From positions 62,001 to 126,000 of the forward strand of contig CDMY01000182.1 in assembly GCA_001179505.1 (NCBI GenBank): DNA of 64,000 nt. The letters run 5' to 3'. This DNA comes from Vitrella brassicaformis CCMP3155 (lineage: Eukaryota; Protista; Chromerida). Below, piece by piece: positions 40,957-55,099 of the stretch. The notes under the pieces were generated by a model. It worked only from the letters and a program-made list of their open reading frames with translations, was not told the origin of the DNA and ran no database searches. Positions within the stretch are counted from its first letter, which is position 1, and every line of letters begins with the position of its first letter. The translations under genes were made by a program, and so were the position numbers.

Positions 40957-43900
40957 ATGTCACAGGTCTCTCTCTCTGTGCTGTGTTGTGTTTGTGTTGT
41001 GTGTGCAGCGGGTGGAGTTGGTCGACAGGGAATCGAAGCGGCCGAGGAACAACCCGATCCTTCCAGAACAAGTCACACAAGACCACACCGCCCCGCCTGA
41101 CCAAGGGGAGGAGGACCAGAACCAACAGGCACCAGTACCGATGGAAACATCAACCACTGCCACAGCCACAGCCGCCACCGGCCAGCCTGCTGCACAGAAC
41201 CCTCCGCAGGCGCAGGCGCAGGCGCAGTCACAGCCAGGCCCGCCCAGCAGCAGCAACAACAATGAGACCTTCCTCAGTAAGTCACCCAAACAAGGTGTTG
41301 CGGTGTCTGGATTAATGGATGGGCGCACTGTTTCCTGCCTGTGTGTGCAGGTCCTACAAACGTTTCCTCTGCTGGTGGCGAGTCGGGCACCCCGGGCGGG
41401 CGGCCGGGCCACGCCGCCGAGTACAGGTCGCTGGAGGGGTCCGAGCATGACCCACAGGAGACGGACCACGCGGCGCTCGGCCAACTGCAGGAGAGCGACC
41501 AGCAGGAGAGTGACGATACGGCCTTCCATGAATGCAACCCCGACCCCGCATTGCCTGAGGGTAGCCACTTATCGACACACAAACACACATACTTCCAACC
41601 ATTGGGATTCTCATTCATTGTCCCTCTGTCTGTCTGTCTGTCTGTCTGTCAGTTCCGGAGAGTGCTCCTGCCGTGAGTGACGGCGTCGAGTCGTCCCTGC
41701 CGAGGGCCACCGACGCACAGCGCCCACGCGAGAGCGAGGGCGACGCGCAGGTCGCTGCTGCTGGTGTTAGTGGCGCTTCTGGTAGTGCGCATGTGCAACA
41801 TGAAGGTGAGCAAGCGACGAAGGGCAAGACGCACTGTTGGTTGCTCATCCATCCATCCATCCATATGTGCATCCATCTGGGCATTGTCAGATGAGGATTC
41901 GAAGCAAGGGGCCGGCAAGAACATGACCAAGCAGACTGGTGAGGGAGGGACGCACCAGACATACGCACGCACACGCACACGCACACGCACACGCACACGC
42001 ACACGCATACACTCACACCATCCTCCCTCCCTCCCTGTATCCCTATCGTTGATGTGTCAGCATCGACGAGTGACGAGACGGGCGAGAGCCCAACCGAGTC
42101 ACCGCCAGGAGAGAGCGGATTGCCACCCCCTCCCCCTCCCCCNNNNNNNNNNNNNNNNNNNNNNNNNNNNNNNNNNNNNNNNNNNNNNNNNNNNNNNNNN
42201 NNNNNNNNNNNNNNNNNNNNNNNNNNNNNNNNNNNNNNNNNNNNNNNNNNNNNNNNNNNNNNNNNNNNNNNNNNNNNNNNNNNNNNNNNNNNNNNNNNNN
42301 NNNNNNNNNNNNNNNNNNNNNNNNNNNNNNNNNNNNNNNNNNNNNNNNNNNNNNNNNNNNNNNNNNNNNNNNNNNNNNNNNNNNNNNNNNNNNNNNNNNN
42401 NNNNNNNNNNNNNNNNNNNNNNNNNNNNNNNNNNNNNNNNNNGACGACAGAGCGCCCCCCTCCCCCCACCGACCCCCCTCCCACCCGCACCACCCCACCC
42501 ATCCCCTCGGGAGGCAATCGACTGCTAGACCACCCTGCCCACAGAGGGCATTCAGACCACGGTCCCCCGGCCAGCCCCCGGCCCGACGACTCGCCCCTCG
42601 AGCCAGAGGACTCCAGCCGAGGCGACCCCGACACGTCGCCGGCCATCGTCATCACGGCAGCGGGAGACGACCAGGACGACGTGGCGGCGGCAGCAGCTGC
42701 GGCAGCTGAGGCCGCTGAGGCCGCTGCGCGAGTGGGTGAGGAGCCGGAGGCCGGTCAGCATGCGGTGAATCGCCTGGGAGGGGGCGGTGACGGCGACAAC
42801 CCTGCTGGGTCGCTGACGCAGCGCGAGACGTCGATCGGCTCGGAGGTCTACGGCACGTCGGCAGACGACTCAGGCGGTAACGACGAGCGGATGGAGCCCG
42901 ACAACGGAGCTGACGGGGAGCGGCAAGAGGCCGGCCACGTACGCGCGTCGGTTGTGGCGGAGGGTGAGGGTGAGGGGCTTCTGGGGGACGACACAGGCGA
43001 CAATGACCAAGGGCAGGAGGAGACCACCATGACGCTGGATGACCGGCAGGACCCCTCCGTCACCCGCCAGCCGCCCCCACCGCCCCCGCCGGGGGGAGAT
43101 GGTGATGGTGACGGTGACGGTGACGATGATGATGACGGTCTTGGAGGAGGGGATCATGGCGACCCGGAGGTGCGTGACAGGGATGGTGGTGGTGGAGAGG
43201 GGGATGGTCATGGGGGGGGTGGTGGCCAGCGGGGTGAGGGTGAGAGTAGCAGTGCGGCAGGGGGACGTGCACAGGGGCGCAAGAAGGAGGAGACCTGGAC
43301 ACCCGCAGAGCCGCCACCATGCAGGCCTAACGAGGTACATACGTCACAGAGTGACATCCACACCACACCACACCACACAATCGCCCCCCTCCATCCATCC
43401 CTGGTTGCACATGTGTGGCTTGGTGTTTGTGTATGTGTGTGTGAGTGCAGGTTGACTGTTTCTTTGCGATAGGTGGCGACGACCGTCAGTACAGCGAGTG
43501 GAAGGTGGTGGGCAGCTGCTGCTTCCGCCTGATGTGCTGCTACAAAGACCGCGACTCAGGCTACCGCAGCGTCGGCGGGTTCGTAGAGGTCGGCGAGCCC
43601 GAGCCCGGGGCGCTCTGCTGGCCGCGCGACTGGGCCTGGAGCGGCACTCACTACAATGTCATGGCCATACACCCTAGAGACCTCACGTACCCACCGACGC
43701 ACTCACACCAGCCCACCAGCCAGAGAGAGGCACGCATTCCTGCCTGCCTCTTGTGCCATGTCTGTCTGTCTGTCTGTGTGGTGTGGTGTGGTGTGGTGTG
43801 TTGTTTGTTTGTTGGTTCGGCTGTTGTGAGTTCAGGAAATCTGTGGTGATGGAGGATGTGTACGACTTTACGTGTCTCGACAAGGACCGTGGGTGGCACA

Positions 43901-46900
43901 GCATCGCACCCAGGGTAAACCCTTCCACAACCACAACCACAACAAACACATGAATGAATCGCACCACTCAGCACCACACCACACCACACCACATAAATAT
44001 GATGAGCACCTAAGCCTGCTCTCCTGCGTCTGTCTGTCTGTGTGGGCGTGTTGTGTGTAGCAGAATTCGCACGGCAGGTTGGAGGAGTGGGTGCGGCCCG
44101 ATGGCACCGTCCTGCTGCGCGCCGGCATCTCGCCCAGGCTCATCAACATCAAAACACAGGGTGGGTGGAGGGAGGGAGGGAGGGAGGGATGCACGGACAG
44201 ATGACACAACCAACGAACATGGCACAGACCAGAATGCACTCTCTCTGTCTGCCTGTCTGCCTGCGTGTGTGCGTGTATGTGGTGCGTGTCTGTCCCCCCC
44301 TCCCTCTCACCCTCCCCCCCCCAGCCAAGGAGGGGACGAAGCGAGGTTTGTATTGCGACTTTGTGGGTCTGCGGAACCACGGTGCGACGTGCTACATGAA
44401 CGCCCTGCTGCAGAGCCTCTACCACGTGGGCATGTTCCGACACGCCGTATACGCAATGACCAAAGAGAAGGACCAGCAGAGGCTACAACTCGTCGACGAC
44501 AGACACGCGGTCAGTGGTGACACCACACGACCCAATCAGCCAATCAGCCAGGGACGGAGGGCGGGGGCAGATGGACACAGGAAGGGCTGGTTGTGTGTGG
44601 ATGTGTATGTGTGTGTGCAGGAGTTGTGTGTGGGTGAGGGTGTGGACATGAGCGACGGTGGTGAGGAGGTGCGTGCCAAGCGGGACGAGCTGCGGCGGAA
44701 GGCCATGATCGAAATATTCAGACCCGAATATGAGGCACACTCGCACGTACGCAATGCCACCGAGGGGGAGGGGGTGACCAACAACACCTGCACACCACAC
44801 CCCCTGAACACAGCCAGGAGGGTGGGAGGGAGGGAGGCACATACCGATCCGTCTGTGCGCGTGTGTGTGTTGTGGCACCAGGATGCGCCCCCCGTGGCCA
44901 TAGCTCTGCAGCGTGTCTTCTACCACCTCGAGACCCACGCCAACGCAGTGCCCTGCAAAGAACTCCTCAGGTAGGGTAGGGTAGGGGACGCACACACACC
45001 GGGCGAGGAGAACAGACAGACAGACAGACAGAGAGAGGGAGGGAGAGGGAGAGGGGTGCGGGGATTGGACTGGATGAGGTGAGCGTATGTATACGCCTGT
45101 CTGATGTGGTGTGCAGGTCGTTTGGTTGGGACACTTTGGACGCATTCACCCAGCATGACGTGACGGAGCTCAACAAACTGCTCTGCGACAAACTCGAGGA
45201 ACAAATGAAGGTCCACCGCAAAACACACACAACACAACCCACATGTGTGTGTGGATGCGTGTGTGCGTGCGTGCGTGTGTCTGTCTGTCTGTGTTGTACG
45301 TGTGAAGGGTAGTGGTGTGGAGGGCCGCATCCGTGAGCTGTTCGAGGGCGAGTACGAGAACTACATCGAGTGCGTCAACGTAGACTACTCGTCCACGCGC
45401 AAAGAGTCCTTCTATGACGTGCAGGTACGTCCACCACACCACACCACACCACACCACACCAGCACACACGACCTCCCTCTCCCTCTCTCTGTCTGTCTGT
45501 CTGTCTGTCTCTGTCTGTGTGTCCCGGCACGGCGCAGATAACTGTTCAGGGCAACGCCGATCTGGAGAGCGGGCTGCGTCACTTCACTGAGTTCGAGATG
45601 ATGGACGGCGACAACATGTACGACGCAGAGGGGTTCGGCAAGCAGCCGGCCAGGAAAGGCATCCGCTTCACCAAATTCCCCCCATGCCTACAGTTCCACC
45701 TCAAAAGATTCCACGTACCAACACACACACACACACACACACCGACGGCACGGCACGGCAGGCAGCCTCACAAAGCGCACCGCACAGAGAGACAGAGAGA
45801 GGGATGGAGAGAGAGAGGGGATGTATCTATCTATCGCTGTGTGTGTGTTGGTGTTGATGTTGATGTGTGACTGCCTGCCTGCCTGCCTTATCTATCTATG
45901 TATGTATGTATCAGTTTGACCTTCAGCGGATGGAGAACATCAAGGTCAACGATCGGTTCGAGTTCCCCAAGGAGATCGACCTCAGCCCTTTCCTAGAGGG
46001 CGCCGGCGTGTACGTCCTCCACTCTGTCGTCGTCCACCAGGGTAGGTACTACGCTGTCCTGCCATCCATTCATCCATCCGTCCTTTTGTTGACGTCTGTG
46101 TGTGTGTTCTGTCACATCAATCAGGCGAGGTTGGCTCTGGCCACTACTATGCCTTCATCCGGATGCTGTCGTCCCCACCACACCACCACCAGCAGGCCCA
46201 TCCCGCCAAGCCCTCCCAGCCATCAGCCCCTTCGCACCAAGACCCCGATCACACAACACCAGCCCCACCCAACACACAAGACGAGTCCCCCCAAGACGAC
46301 GACAGCAACACTGACGAGCAGCAGCAGCAGCAGCAGCGACAGACCGACACTGATGCGGTGGCAGACGCAGACGGCGGCGGCGCTGCGACACCAGCGGCTG
46401 ATGCTGATGGTGATGGTGGTGTTGGTGTTGGTTGGGAGTGGAAGTGGATCAAGTTTGACGACGAGAACGTGTACCCGTGCAGCGAGGTGGCGGCCATGCA
46501 GGACAATTTCGGCGGCTACGACCTCGAGGTCACCGACTACCTCCGCAACAAGGAAGACAGCAACGACCGCGGCTGGGGGCGACTCCACTCTACCATCGAC
46601 TTCGACGCGGACGGGCTCCCCCGCAGATCCCGCAACCACAGCGCCTACATGCTCGTCTACATCCGCAAGGACCTCGTCAAGGATATGCTCACACCACCCA
46701 TCCCTGCAGAGGTAGGGGCCTACGTTACGTGTGCCACTTTTGTGTTGACCTCTCTGGCTATCTGGCTGTCTGGCTGTCTGTCTGTATCGATGTGTGTATT
46801 AGATGAATCCGGGGCTGACATTGCGCTTCGAAGCGTTGCCGAGTGTGGCCGAGGTCATCAGGAGGGAGAAGCAGGAGCGGGAAAACTATGTCACGTAAGC

Positions 46901-49900
46901 ACACAAGCACATTGCACCACCACACACCACACAAATGACAGCAACAACAGCAACCTCACGCACCCCTCTCCCTCTCCCTCTTTGCTGGTGTTTGTATGTG
47001 TGTGTGTCTGTCAGCGTTCATGTGGTGACAGAGGAGGATCTGAAGCGGATGGACCCCGGCCGCGCGTTCGACGATTACGCCAACTTCCTGGTTCACCAGG
47101 ACGGCGTCGAGTTCCCCCACTCCCACTCCTTCCGCCTCAATCGCGGCGACCACTCCGGCAACCTGTACACCAAGCTGCACGAGAAGGATCCCGCGGCGTT
47201 CCCCAAGTACCAGTTCGCCCTGTTCAAGATGACCACCCAGGAGCGCACCATCGTCAAGCGGTCCGATCACCCCCCCGACAGCCACTTCCACACCTTCTCC
47301 TCCCGCCGGGTTGACATCGGCTGCACCCACAGGTGGGACACCATTCCGCCGCCCATGGATCTGCTGATGGACCAGTGCCAGCGCTACCGGCCGAGCCAGG
47401 TGACCCGTATCCTCGACGGCTACATGCGGTGGGATTGGCGCTATGTGGGGGGCAACAACATCGCCGCCAGCGACCCCATCTACGTGCTGGCCGTCCGTAT
47501 CGAGGAGGAGGAGCTGGCCTGCATGGACAGGGACTTCTACACCATCAAGAGCGAGTACACCATCTACAGGGAATCCCAGCAGCACTACCCCCACCAGCGC
47601 GTCCAGCCCCCCTTCGCTGCACATTTCATCCCCAACTGGTACTTCGCTAACGTCGGACTCGACACGGACCGACGCGGGCGGTCAGCCGAGGACTGGCCCC
47701 CTTTCAGACAAACATGGGCCGCATGGTCAGACACACACACACACACACACACAAAGAAGAGGCAGACATATATATGGATAAGAGTCTCATGTGTCGGTGT
47801 TGTGTTGGTGCCCTGTTCTCTCTGTGTGTGTGACTGTCTGCCTGTCTGTCTGTCTGTGTGTCTGTGTAGGATGTTGTGTGACCTGATAGAGCGTCCGCCG
47901 TGCTGGTACTTCAGCACGCACCACATGGTGCTGATCAAGCACTTCTGCCAGACCAAGCAGGCCCTCCGGTTCATCGGTGCCCGCGTCGACTCGCTCTACT
48001 TCGCCGGCTCAGGCCGCGAGCACCGCCAACGCGCACGCATCACTGGCGAAAACCACACCGGCATCTCCTACAGATCGGTAGGTGCGCACTGCACTCATCT
48101 ATACAGTGATTGGGGCACACAACTACAGCAACAGCAACAGCAACAGCAACAGCACCACTCCATTTCTCGTCTCGCTGTCTGTCTGTCTGTCTGCCTGGCT
48201 GTCGTGCAGAATTTTACGCAGAAGCTCATCGACCGCTATCGTGAGCTGGTCAATGCCGGCGACATCGCGCCGCCCTCCGGGTGGGTGCAGGAGCCCTCCA
48301 CCCCACCACAGCAGCAGCAGCAGCAGGCGGCCATCACCGAGGCACCCGCCGACCTAGAGGACGGCACATCGCAGCCCGACAGGGACGCTGACGCCACACC
48401 CACCACCCGCACCCATCACACGTCGCTGCCCGTGGCACCCCGCCCGGCAGCCGACCATCAGACTGAAGAGGGTGGGAGCGGGGGCGAGGGGGTCGGTGGC
48501 CATCGTTGGGTGCCTCCCGAGGGCTGGAATGGCCTTGGGATCAACAGCAGGGGCCATTTGGAGGTGACGACCAACTACGAGTGGAACAGCACTATCCGTC
48601 CGCGGATGACGTGGCCAGCGGTGGCTGGCCGCAGTGAGTCGGAGTACGTGTACGCCCCCGACACACAATTCCACGGCGAGGTGCTCGTCTTGGAGGAGCG
48701 CAGCTCCCAGCGGGGCGGCGACAGCGACGTCGAACAGCTCATCGCCGAGGCCACCCGGCGGGCCAGCAACCGCAGCGAGGACTACGACGTGCAGCGCCAC
48801 TCGATCCACGAGGCCGCCGAGCGTGCCGACCACTACGCCATCGAGGGGTGGAAGCGGCGACTTGAGGACATCAGGCACGTGCAGGAGCATACCCTGCCCA
48901 GGGGCACACGCGTCAAGGGGCCGCAGCCGGGGGCACACTCAGTGGCCTTCACCACACCAGAGATGGTCTTGAGGGTCGGCGAGGGGACTACTGCCATCGG
49001 TCTGTGGACGCCAGCACTGCCCGACGCACACTCGACACCCTCGCTCCTCAACGGCGTCCCCGACTCGGCCGCAAACACCACCATGGCCCCTGGCGGCCCC
49101 ATCCCCCATCCCACAACGAGCGCGCCGCTGCCACCCGCTGCAGGCGACACCACCACCACCACCAATGGGACAACAACGAGTGTGGGCCATATGGTGAAGC
49201 TGCCCTCTGTGATGCCAGCAGAGGGGGAACCGTCTCCAGTGGTGCCGTACACGGTGGAGACGGACGAGGAGGGCCGTCGGTGGCACTGCAAGAGCTTCAC
49301 GGGCGACCCCTCGAACCCCCAGACGCTCCTCCTCGACAAGGTGCCCTGGCAGATCATCGACCAATTCGACCGGGCTGATTCGGACGCCGAGGTCAGCCCA
49401 GACGTCGAGACCCAGTACGTGGTGCGCTTCCTCGACCACCCGCTGCTGCACACCATGGCCGCCACCGGCCCTCTCACCGGCCTCACGACCTTCGTCCCCC
49501 CCGCCCCTCCAGGTGGCGGGCTGGGCGACGAGGGCACCCCCCTGCCCCTCCCAGGCAGCCACGAGTGCAAGAGCTTCACCTGGCTCCTCACGGAGAAAAT
49601 CGAGTACTTCACCGACAAACGCATCGAGACCGTCAAGCGCCGCCGACCCGTCAGCCGAGGGCTGGGCGACAAGACGGACGCTGACGCCGATGCGGCTGAC
49701 GTCAAGGGCGATGTGAGTGTTGGCGGCAAGGCTCCAGATGAGCCCTCAACGGTCTCTTCGGCCGGCACCAACGACGTCAGGAGCGCCAGCGCGTCGTCCG
49801 CCACCCCCGCAAGCGCCCACGCGATGGACTCGGAGGGGGGCGAGGCCAAGCACGACGAGGCGCCATCAGCTGCACCCGTCGCTGCTGGGGGTCGCGGCCC

Positions 49901-52773
49901 TGGCTCGGACATCGATATGGACCCCTCACCAGCACCAGCACCAGCAGTAGCAGCAGCAGGTGCGTCGATGCGTCCGATGGATACCGAGGACTCCCCCCCG
50001 CCAGACGACCAACAAGAAGAGGATGTCAGTATGGACCGCCCCGCCCACCCACATACACATACACACCCCCACCCACAGCCAGACAAGCGCGACGAGACCA
50101 TGGCCGACGAGAGCAGCCGGACGGAGGCTGCCGAGGAGAGCGAAGCCACCGAGGTAGTGGAGGAGGAGGTGACCCGCAGTGTGCTGCGGCGTCGCGTGAC
50201 GTTTTCGTACGACGTGTGCGCGGACATGGACCCCCCACCCTCGAGTCTCACGGAGGACGACGTGCGGCTTGACCCTCGGCCGTCCCAGACGGCACAGGAG
50301 TTCATGGAGCGGCTCCTCCACACACGATCTGTCACCATCAGACTGTTCGACCCCATGCAGGTACGCATTGCGTTCATGGGTGGGTGGATGGGATGGGTGC
50401 ACCGACCGGACTCACGGAAGGGACGGACAGAGACCGCACCACCTTCTGTCTGTTGTGCCACTCACTCTGCGTGCGTGCGTGCGGCAGTTGTTGGGCGAGG
50501 CGGAGAACGTCAACGGCGAGGTGCTGGCATCCCCGTACGGCCTCTCGTCCGGTGGCGCCAGTCCCCAGGCGCAGCTCTCCTTCATGAGCCTCGCGAGCGG
50601 CGGAGACCTCTCACTCTCACTCTCGCCTTCACCACAAGACGCATCAGGTGCAAATGACAACACCACGGACGGAACGGGGCTCAACGCAGCTGCCAATGGG
50701 CCCCAGCAGCAGCAGCAACAGCAGCAGGGTGGTGGTGGTGGTGGTGTGGGTGATCGGTCGTCTGACAGCCTCCTGGACGATGCCGGGAAGCGGGGCAGTG
50801 TCTTTGAGGGTGGCGGTGGTGGTGGTGGGTTTGGCGCGTTTGGTGGGGGGCAGGCCAGTGCAGACCCCAAGCAGCGGTTCCTCCGCCATTGGACACTGCA
50901 GCCCATGGACATCAGACAAATCAGACTGCTCGACGTACGCCACGCGCATCGATCCATATGTGGACGCAGCGAACACCGATGGACTGACTGACGGATGGGC
51001 ACCGGAACGTCTCTCTCTCCCTCTGTGTGTGTGTGTGTGTGTGCGTGTGTTGTGTGTGCAGTTGGTTGCGTGGGTGTCGTACCAGACCAAGATTCCTTCG
51101 AGTCGTCTGCAGGTGACGTGCAGCCCCCTCACAGCACAGGAGCCATTCAGTGCATACCTCTGGAGAAACGGACGCGGCAACAGAGGCGAATCGGACGGCA
51201 TGGTACGCAGCCAGGCACTAAGGACACACAGACACACAGACAGACAGACAGACAGGTGCACATCCATCCATCCATCCATTGTGTCTGTGTGTATGTGTGT
51301 GTGTTTGTGTGTCAGAAGCACACCTTGGCTGACATGTATCGGCACGACCCCATCGTGGTGCAGATGAGCATCATGCCCATCCCACGCGTACTCTTCGAAC
51401 GAGACTTCGCCGTCGAGGTCAGCGAGGTCAGCCAGACAGGCAGTCAGTCAGTCCATCGACCAGTCCAGTCAGCAAACAGATAGATAACCACACGACGTGT
51501 GCACAGTTAATCCCCTTTGTAATTCTCTTTGTCGGCTGTGTTTGTCTGTCTGTCTGTCTTTGCAGGAGGAGTCCCACCTGCGCCACCGTCTGATATGCGT
51601 GCGGCTCTTCAACGACGCCGTCGAGGTCGTCGGCTGCATCGCCATTCGGATTTGGATGTGGCTGTCAAGTAAACACACAGATGCCACCCACCCATCCACA
51701 CACCTGTCTGTCTGCCTTTCTGTGTGCGTCAGTGGCTGATCTGCTCAAGGAGGTCAAGAGACGCGTCACGCCAGGCAAACCATCTACTTACACACACACA
51801 CGCACACACACGCACACACACACAGAGAGAGAGAGACAGAAATGACAAGTGAATGGCCGTATGTATGTCTGTATGTCTGTGTGTGTGTCTTCCTGCAGAG
51901 ATGATAGCTCGTGGGTTCGACCCCAGCCGTCCGCTGCGTGTGTACCAGCCCAAGGACACTGGCACTCTGACCCTCCCGGGGTCCGTCATGACCAAGGTGG
52001 CTGAGCACCCCCTCGGCACCAATATGCAGGAGATCACAGACATCGACGACGGCCAGCCGCTCTCACACGTGCTCAACTGCATTGCCAAGCCGGGCCGCGA
52101 CAACCCTTTCTACTGGCACTTGAGGGTCGAGCACGCAGACGACCCCGACACGGCCGAACGACTCGTCAAGGAGGAACTCAAAGTCAGTCACCCAGGCACA
52201 GGCTGAACGGACACACGCACAGAGAGAGAGAGAAACGTCGAGGCAAATGAGAATGAACATCATTGCGTGGGTGGTTGGTGTGCGCGTTGATCGATCAGCA
52301 TGTGATGGTGGTGCATGCGAGTCCGCGCGAGAACAACCGGGCCTTCGGACACCAGTTCCTCATCACTATGGAGGTCGGTGGGTGGGTGGGCGGATGAACC
52401 AGGCAGTCTGGTTAACTGGACGATCTATCCACATACACACGCACACACGGACCACAACGGCCACCACAGTGGCAGCCGTCCCTACTTGTGTGTGTGTGTG
52501 TGTGTGTGTGTATGTTAGCGCGACGAGAGGGTTGGGTCGCTCAAGCAGCGCATCCAGAGGAAGGTCAAGCTGTCAGACAAAGAGTTCGCCAAGTACGGAC
52601 ACAAAGAGGGAAGGAGGGAGGGAAACACCCACGCCGCAGCATCAGTCACACACGGCCTTCCTGGCGTGGGTGTGCTGTGTCCTCCCTCCTTGTGTGCAGG
52701 TGGCGATTCTACAAGTGGGACCTCATACACAAGTCATTCCTCAGAGACGGTATGTCAAAGCACCTCCTACACA

Positions 52774-52810
<37 letters not shown>

Positions 52811-53174
52811 CCTTCATTCCTCTCCCTCATTGGCTCCATGTACGTGTGTGTATGTGTATGTGTTGGTTCATTCATTCATTCCTTCACTGATTGGTTGCAC
52901 AGACGACACGCTCGACTGGAACGCCAAGGCACTCATGCTGCTCGGTAGAGACACACACACACACACACACACAGACAGAGAGAGAGAGAGGGAGAGGGAG
53001 AGGGAGAGAGAGAGAGGTGTATCTCATCAATGCATACGTATGCGTGTGATGTGATGTGATGTGTGTGTGATTGACAAACGTACATGTGTGCACTCACTGG
53101 CTGCAGCTGAGCACGACAACCCCAACTCCCGCACACACCAGGCGCGGCGTGACAGGCCCCTCAGGATACGATGA
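40957..53174 (+). CDS. USP7/UBP12-13-like deubiquitinase with long insertions (spans an assembly gap)
   Basis: MSQ|RVELVD start; long acidic N-terminus; MATH-like exons at 43.4-44.2 kb; Cys box GLRNHGATCYMNALLQSLY; QHDVTEL; His box HQG|EVGSGHYYAFIR; KFDDE; SAYMLVYIR; C-terminal AEHDNPNSRTHQARRDRPLRIR with stop at 53172-53174. Confidence 0.88.
42143..42442. other. Assembly gap (300 N) next to a C-rich tract inside a coding exon
   Basis: Run of N. Confidence 0.99.
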
Positions 53175-55099
53175 AGAAAGGAATGAAGGAATGAAGGAAT
53201 GAAGGAATGAAGGAATGAATGAAGGAAATGAGTGACGTGCCGTCCTGTGTCGCCCCCCACTCCCCCCTTTGCTTTAAGGTGCCTCCCTGCCTCCCTGTCC
53301 GCCTGTCTGTCTGTCTGTCTGCGTGTGCGGTGGATAGCTAGTCAGTCCTCGGTGGCCTCTCTGTCTGAGTGATGCATGCAAGTATTCTGTCTGCATGTAG
53401 CTACGGACACACTGTGTATGGCCCCTCCTTTGTCGTTCTCTTGCTGCCTGTCTGCCTACCTGTCTCCCTGCCTGCGTGCCAGTCTGGGGCTTTTTTGGGC
53501 CAGTCAATGGACGGACGACTGGGGGATTCATTCATTCATCGATTCATTACATGCTCATACAGACATACAGACACCCACACACGTGACGCGACGAGACGAC
53601 CGACACCCAAGGGGGGCGGAGGGTCGTCTCTCTCTACCTAGCTGTCTGTCTGTCTGTCTGTCTGTGTACATACAGATGGCCCGCCAACCCACCGATCCAT
53701 CCATCCATTAATTGACTCATTCTCTGACACAGACAGGCACACGGGCTGGGAACAACCCGTGCACAATCTCTCTCTCTCTCTCTTTCTCTCTCTGTGTGTG
53801 TGGCTTTTCAAGGAATAGATGGATACAACAATGCAACGGAGGAAGGCGTCCCCATCCGTAAGTACGTCCCTATGCCTATGCCTATGCCTATGTGTGTGTG
53901 TGTGGGGGTACATTTATGTATGTATTCATCGGCGGCCAGCCATCCAGCCATCAGCCATGCACGACAGACAGACAGCCCGGCTATCGGTCTCTACAGTCGA
54001 TCAGTCAATCGATGACTTTCAACCCTGTGTAGGTAGGTAGGCAGGCAGGCAGGTAGACACAAAGAGAGACAGACAGACAGACGGCCGTACAATGACAGGT
54101 CAGAGGGTTCTTTTCAATTGCGGCATACGAACCAACGACCAGCAGTGGCGGACGGATGGGCGTGCGGGCGAGTAGCCGACGCGCGTAGCCGGCTCTCCAT
54201 TGCGTTGCGTTGCCCCCCTCCCCGGGCCCCTCCCTCTCTATTTGTGACGGTTTCACCGATCGAGTGTGAGCGTGCGGGGGTCATGCGAGCAGGGAGGCAC
54301 AGCCGAGATGGATGGATGAGTGGATGGGTGGGCTTGCTGCAGGCCTGTACCATACTGACTGATAGACATCAACCATTCCAATCAAAACCACCCGTGGGTG
54401 GGTGACATCATTGTCATGCTGTTTGGGTCTCAGAGAGAGAGGGAGAGAGGGAGTCCGGTGCAGGTGTGCCATTTGACAGCCTGCCTGCCTGAGCGGTTGT
54501 GGCGGTGGTGGGTGGGTACGTAAGGGGAGGGCTGAGGGTGTGGGGTACATGTGCCGTTTTGTCAGATGCACGTGCATGCTTGGATGGATGGATGGACGAT
54601 GGATGGATTGCATGAATGAATGAACAAATACACTCAGTGGCCCGTGGCATGCTATCTACCTATTCTACGGTTCTATCTATCACTCTATCTACTCAGTGTT
54701 TGCTCATGCATGTGGGAGGCGACCAGATTTTATAAGTCTGTCTGCCTACCTGCCTGCGTGCCTGTATGTATGTTGTTGGCTGGTTCACGCACGCGCACAC
54801 TCGCCCCCTCCCTCCCTCCCTCGCTCATCGATTGAGGCGCTCATCGATTGAGGCCTGCCTTGCTGGCTTCCCTCCCTCCCTCTTGTGTGCACGTGTGTCT
54901 ATGCCTTTCTCTCTCTCCCTCCCTCCTTGTGTGCCTGCCTGCTATTTGTATGCATCAAGATGCGTGTGTGTGTGTGTGTGTGGTTTGCGTCCATGTCTGT
55001 GTGTGTGTCTGACTGACAAGTCCAGCTGTGTGTGTGATCGTGTCTGTTTCTGTCAATCAATCAATGAGTGTACGCGTGAGCCGAGGGCCCGGGCGAGTG

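Noticed and set aside
42054-43472. ORFs reading through the N gaps
   Set aside because: The 300-N length is a placeholder, so frame continuity across it is not evidence.
48833-50461. 542-aa minus-strand ORF opposite the large USP7-like exon
   Set aside because: Ser/Ala-rich antisense shadow, expected opposite a long GC-rich exon; no domain or splice support.
53175-55050. Possible gene in the stretch after the USP7-like gene
   Set aside because: Dominated by (GAATGAAG)n, (GTCT)n and (GATG)n repeats, with no consistent exon chain.
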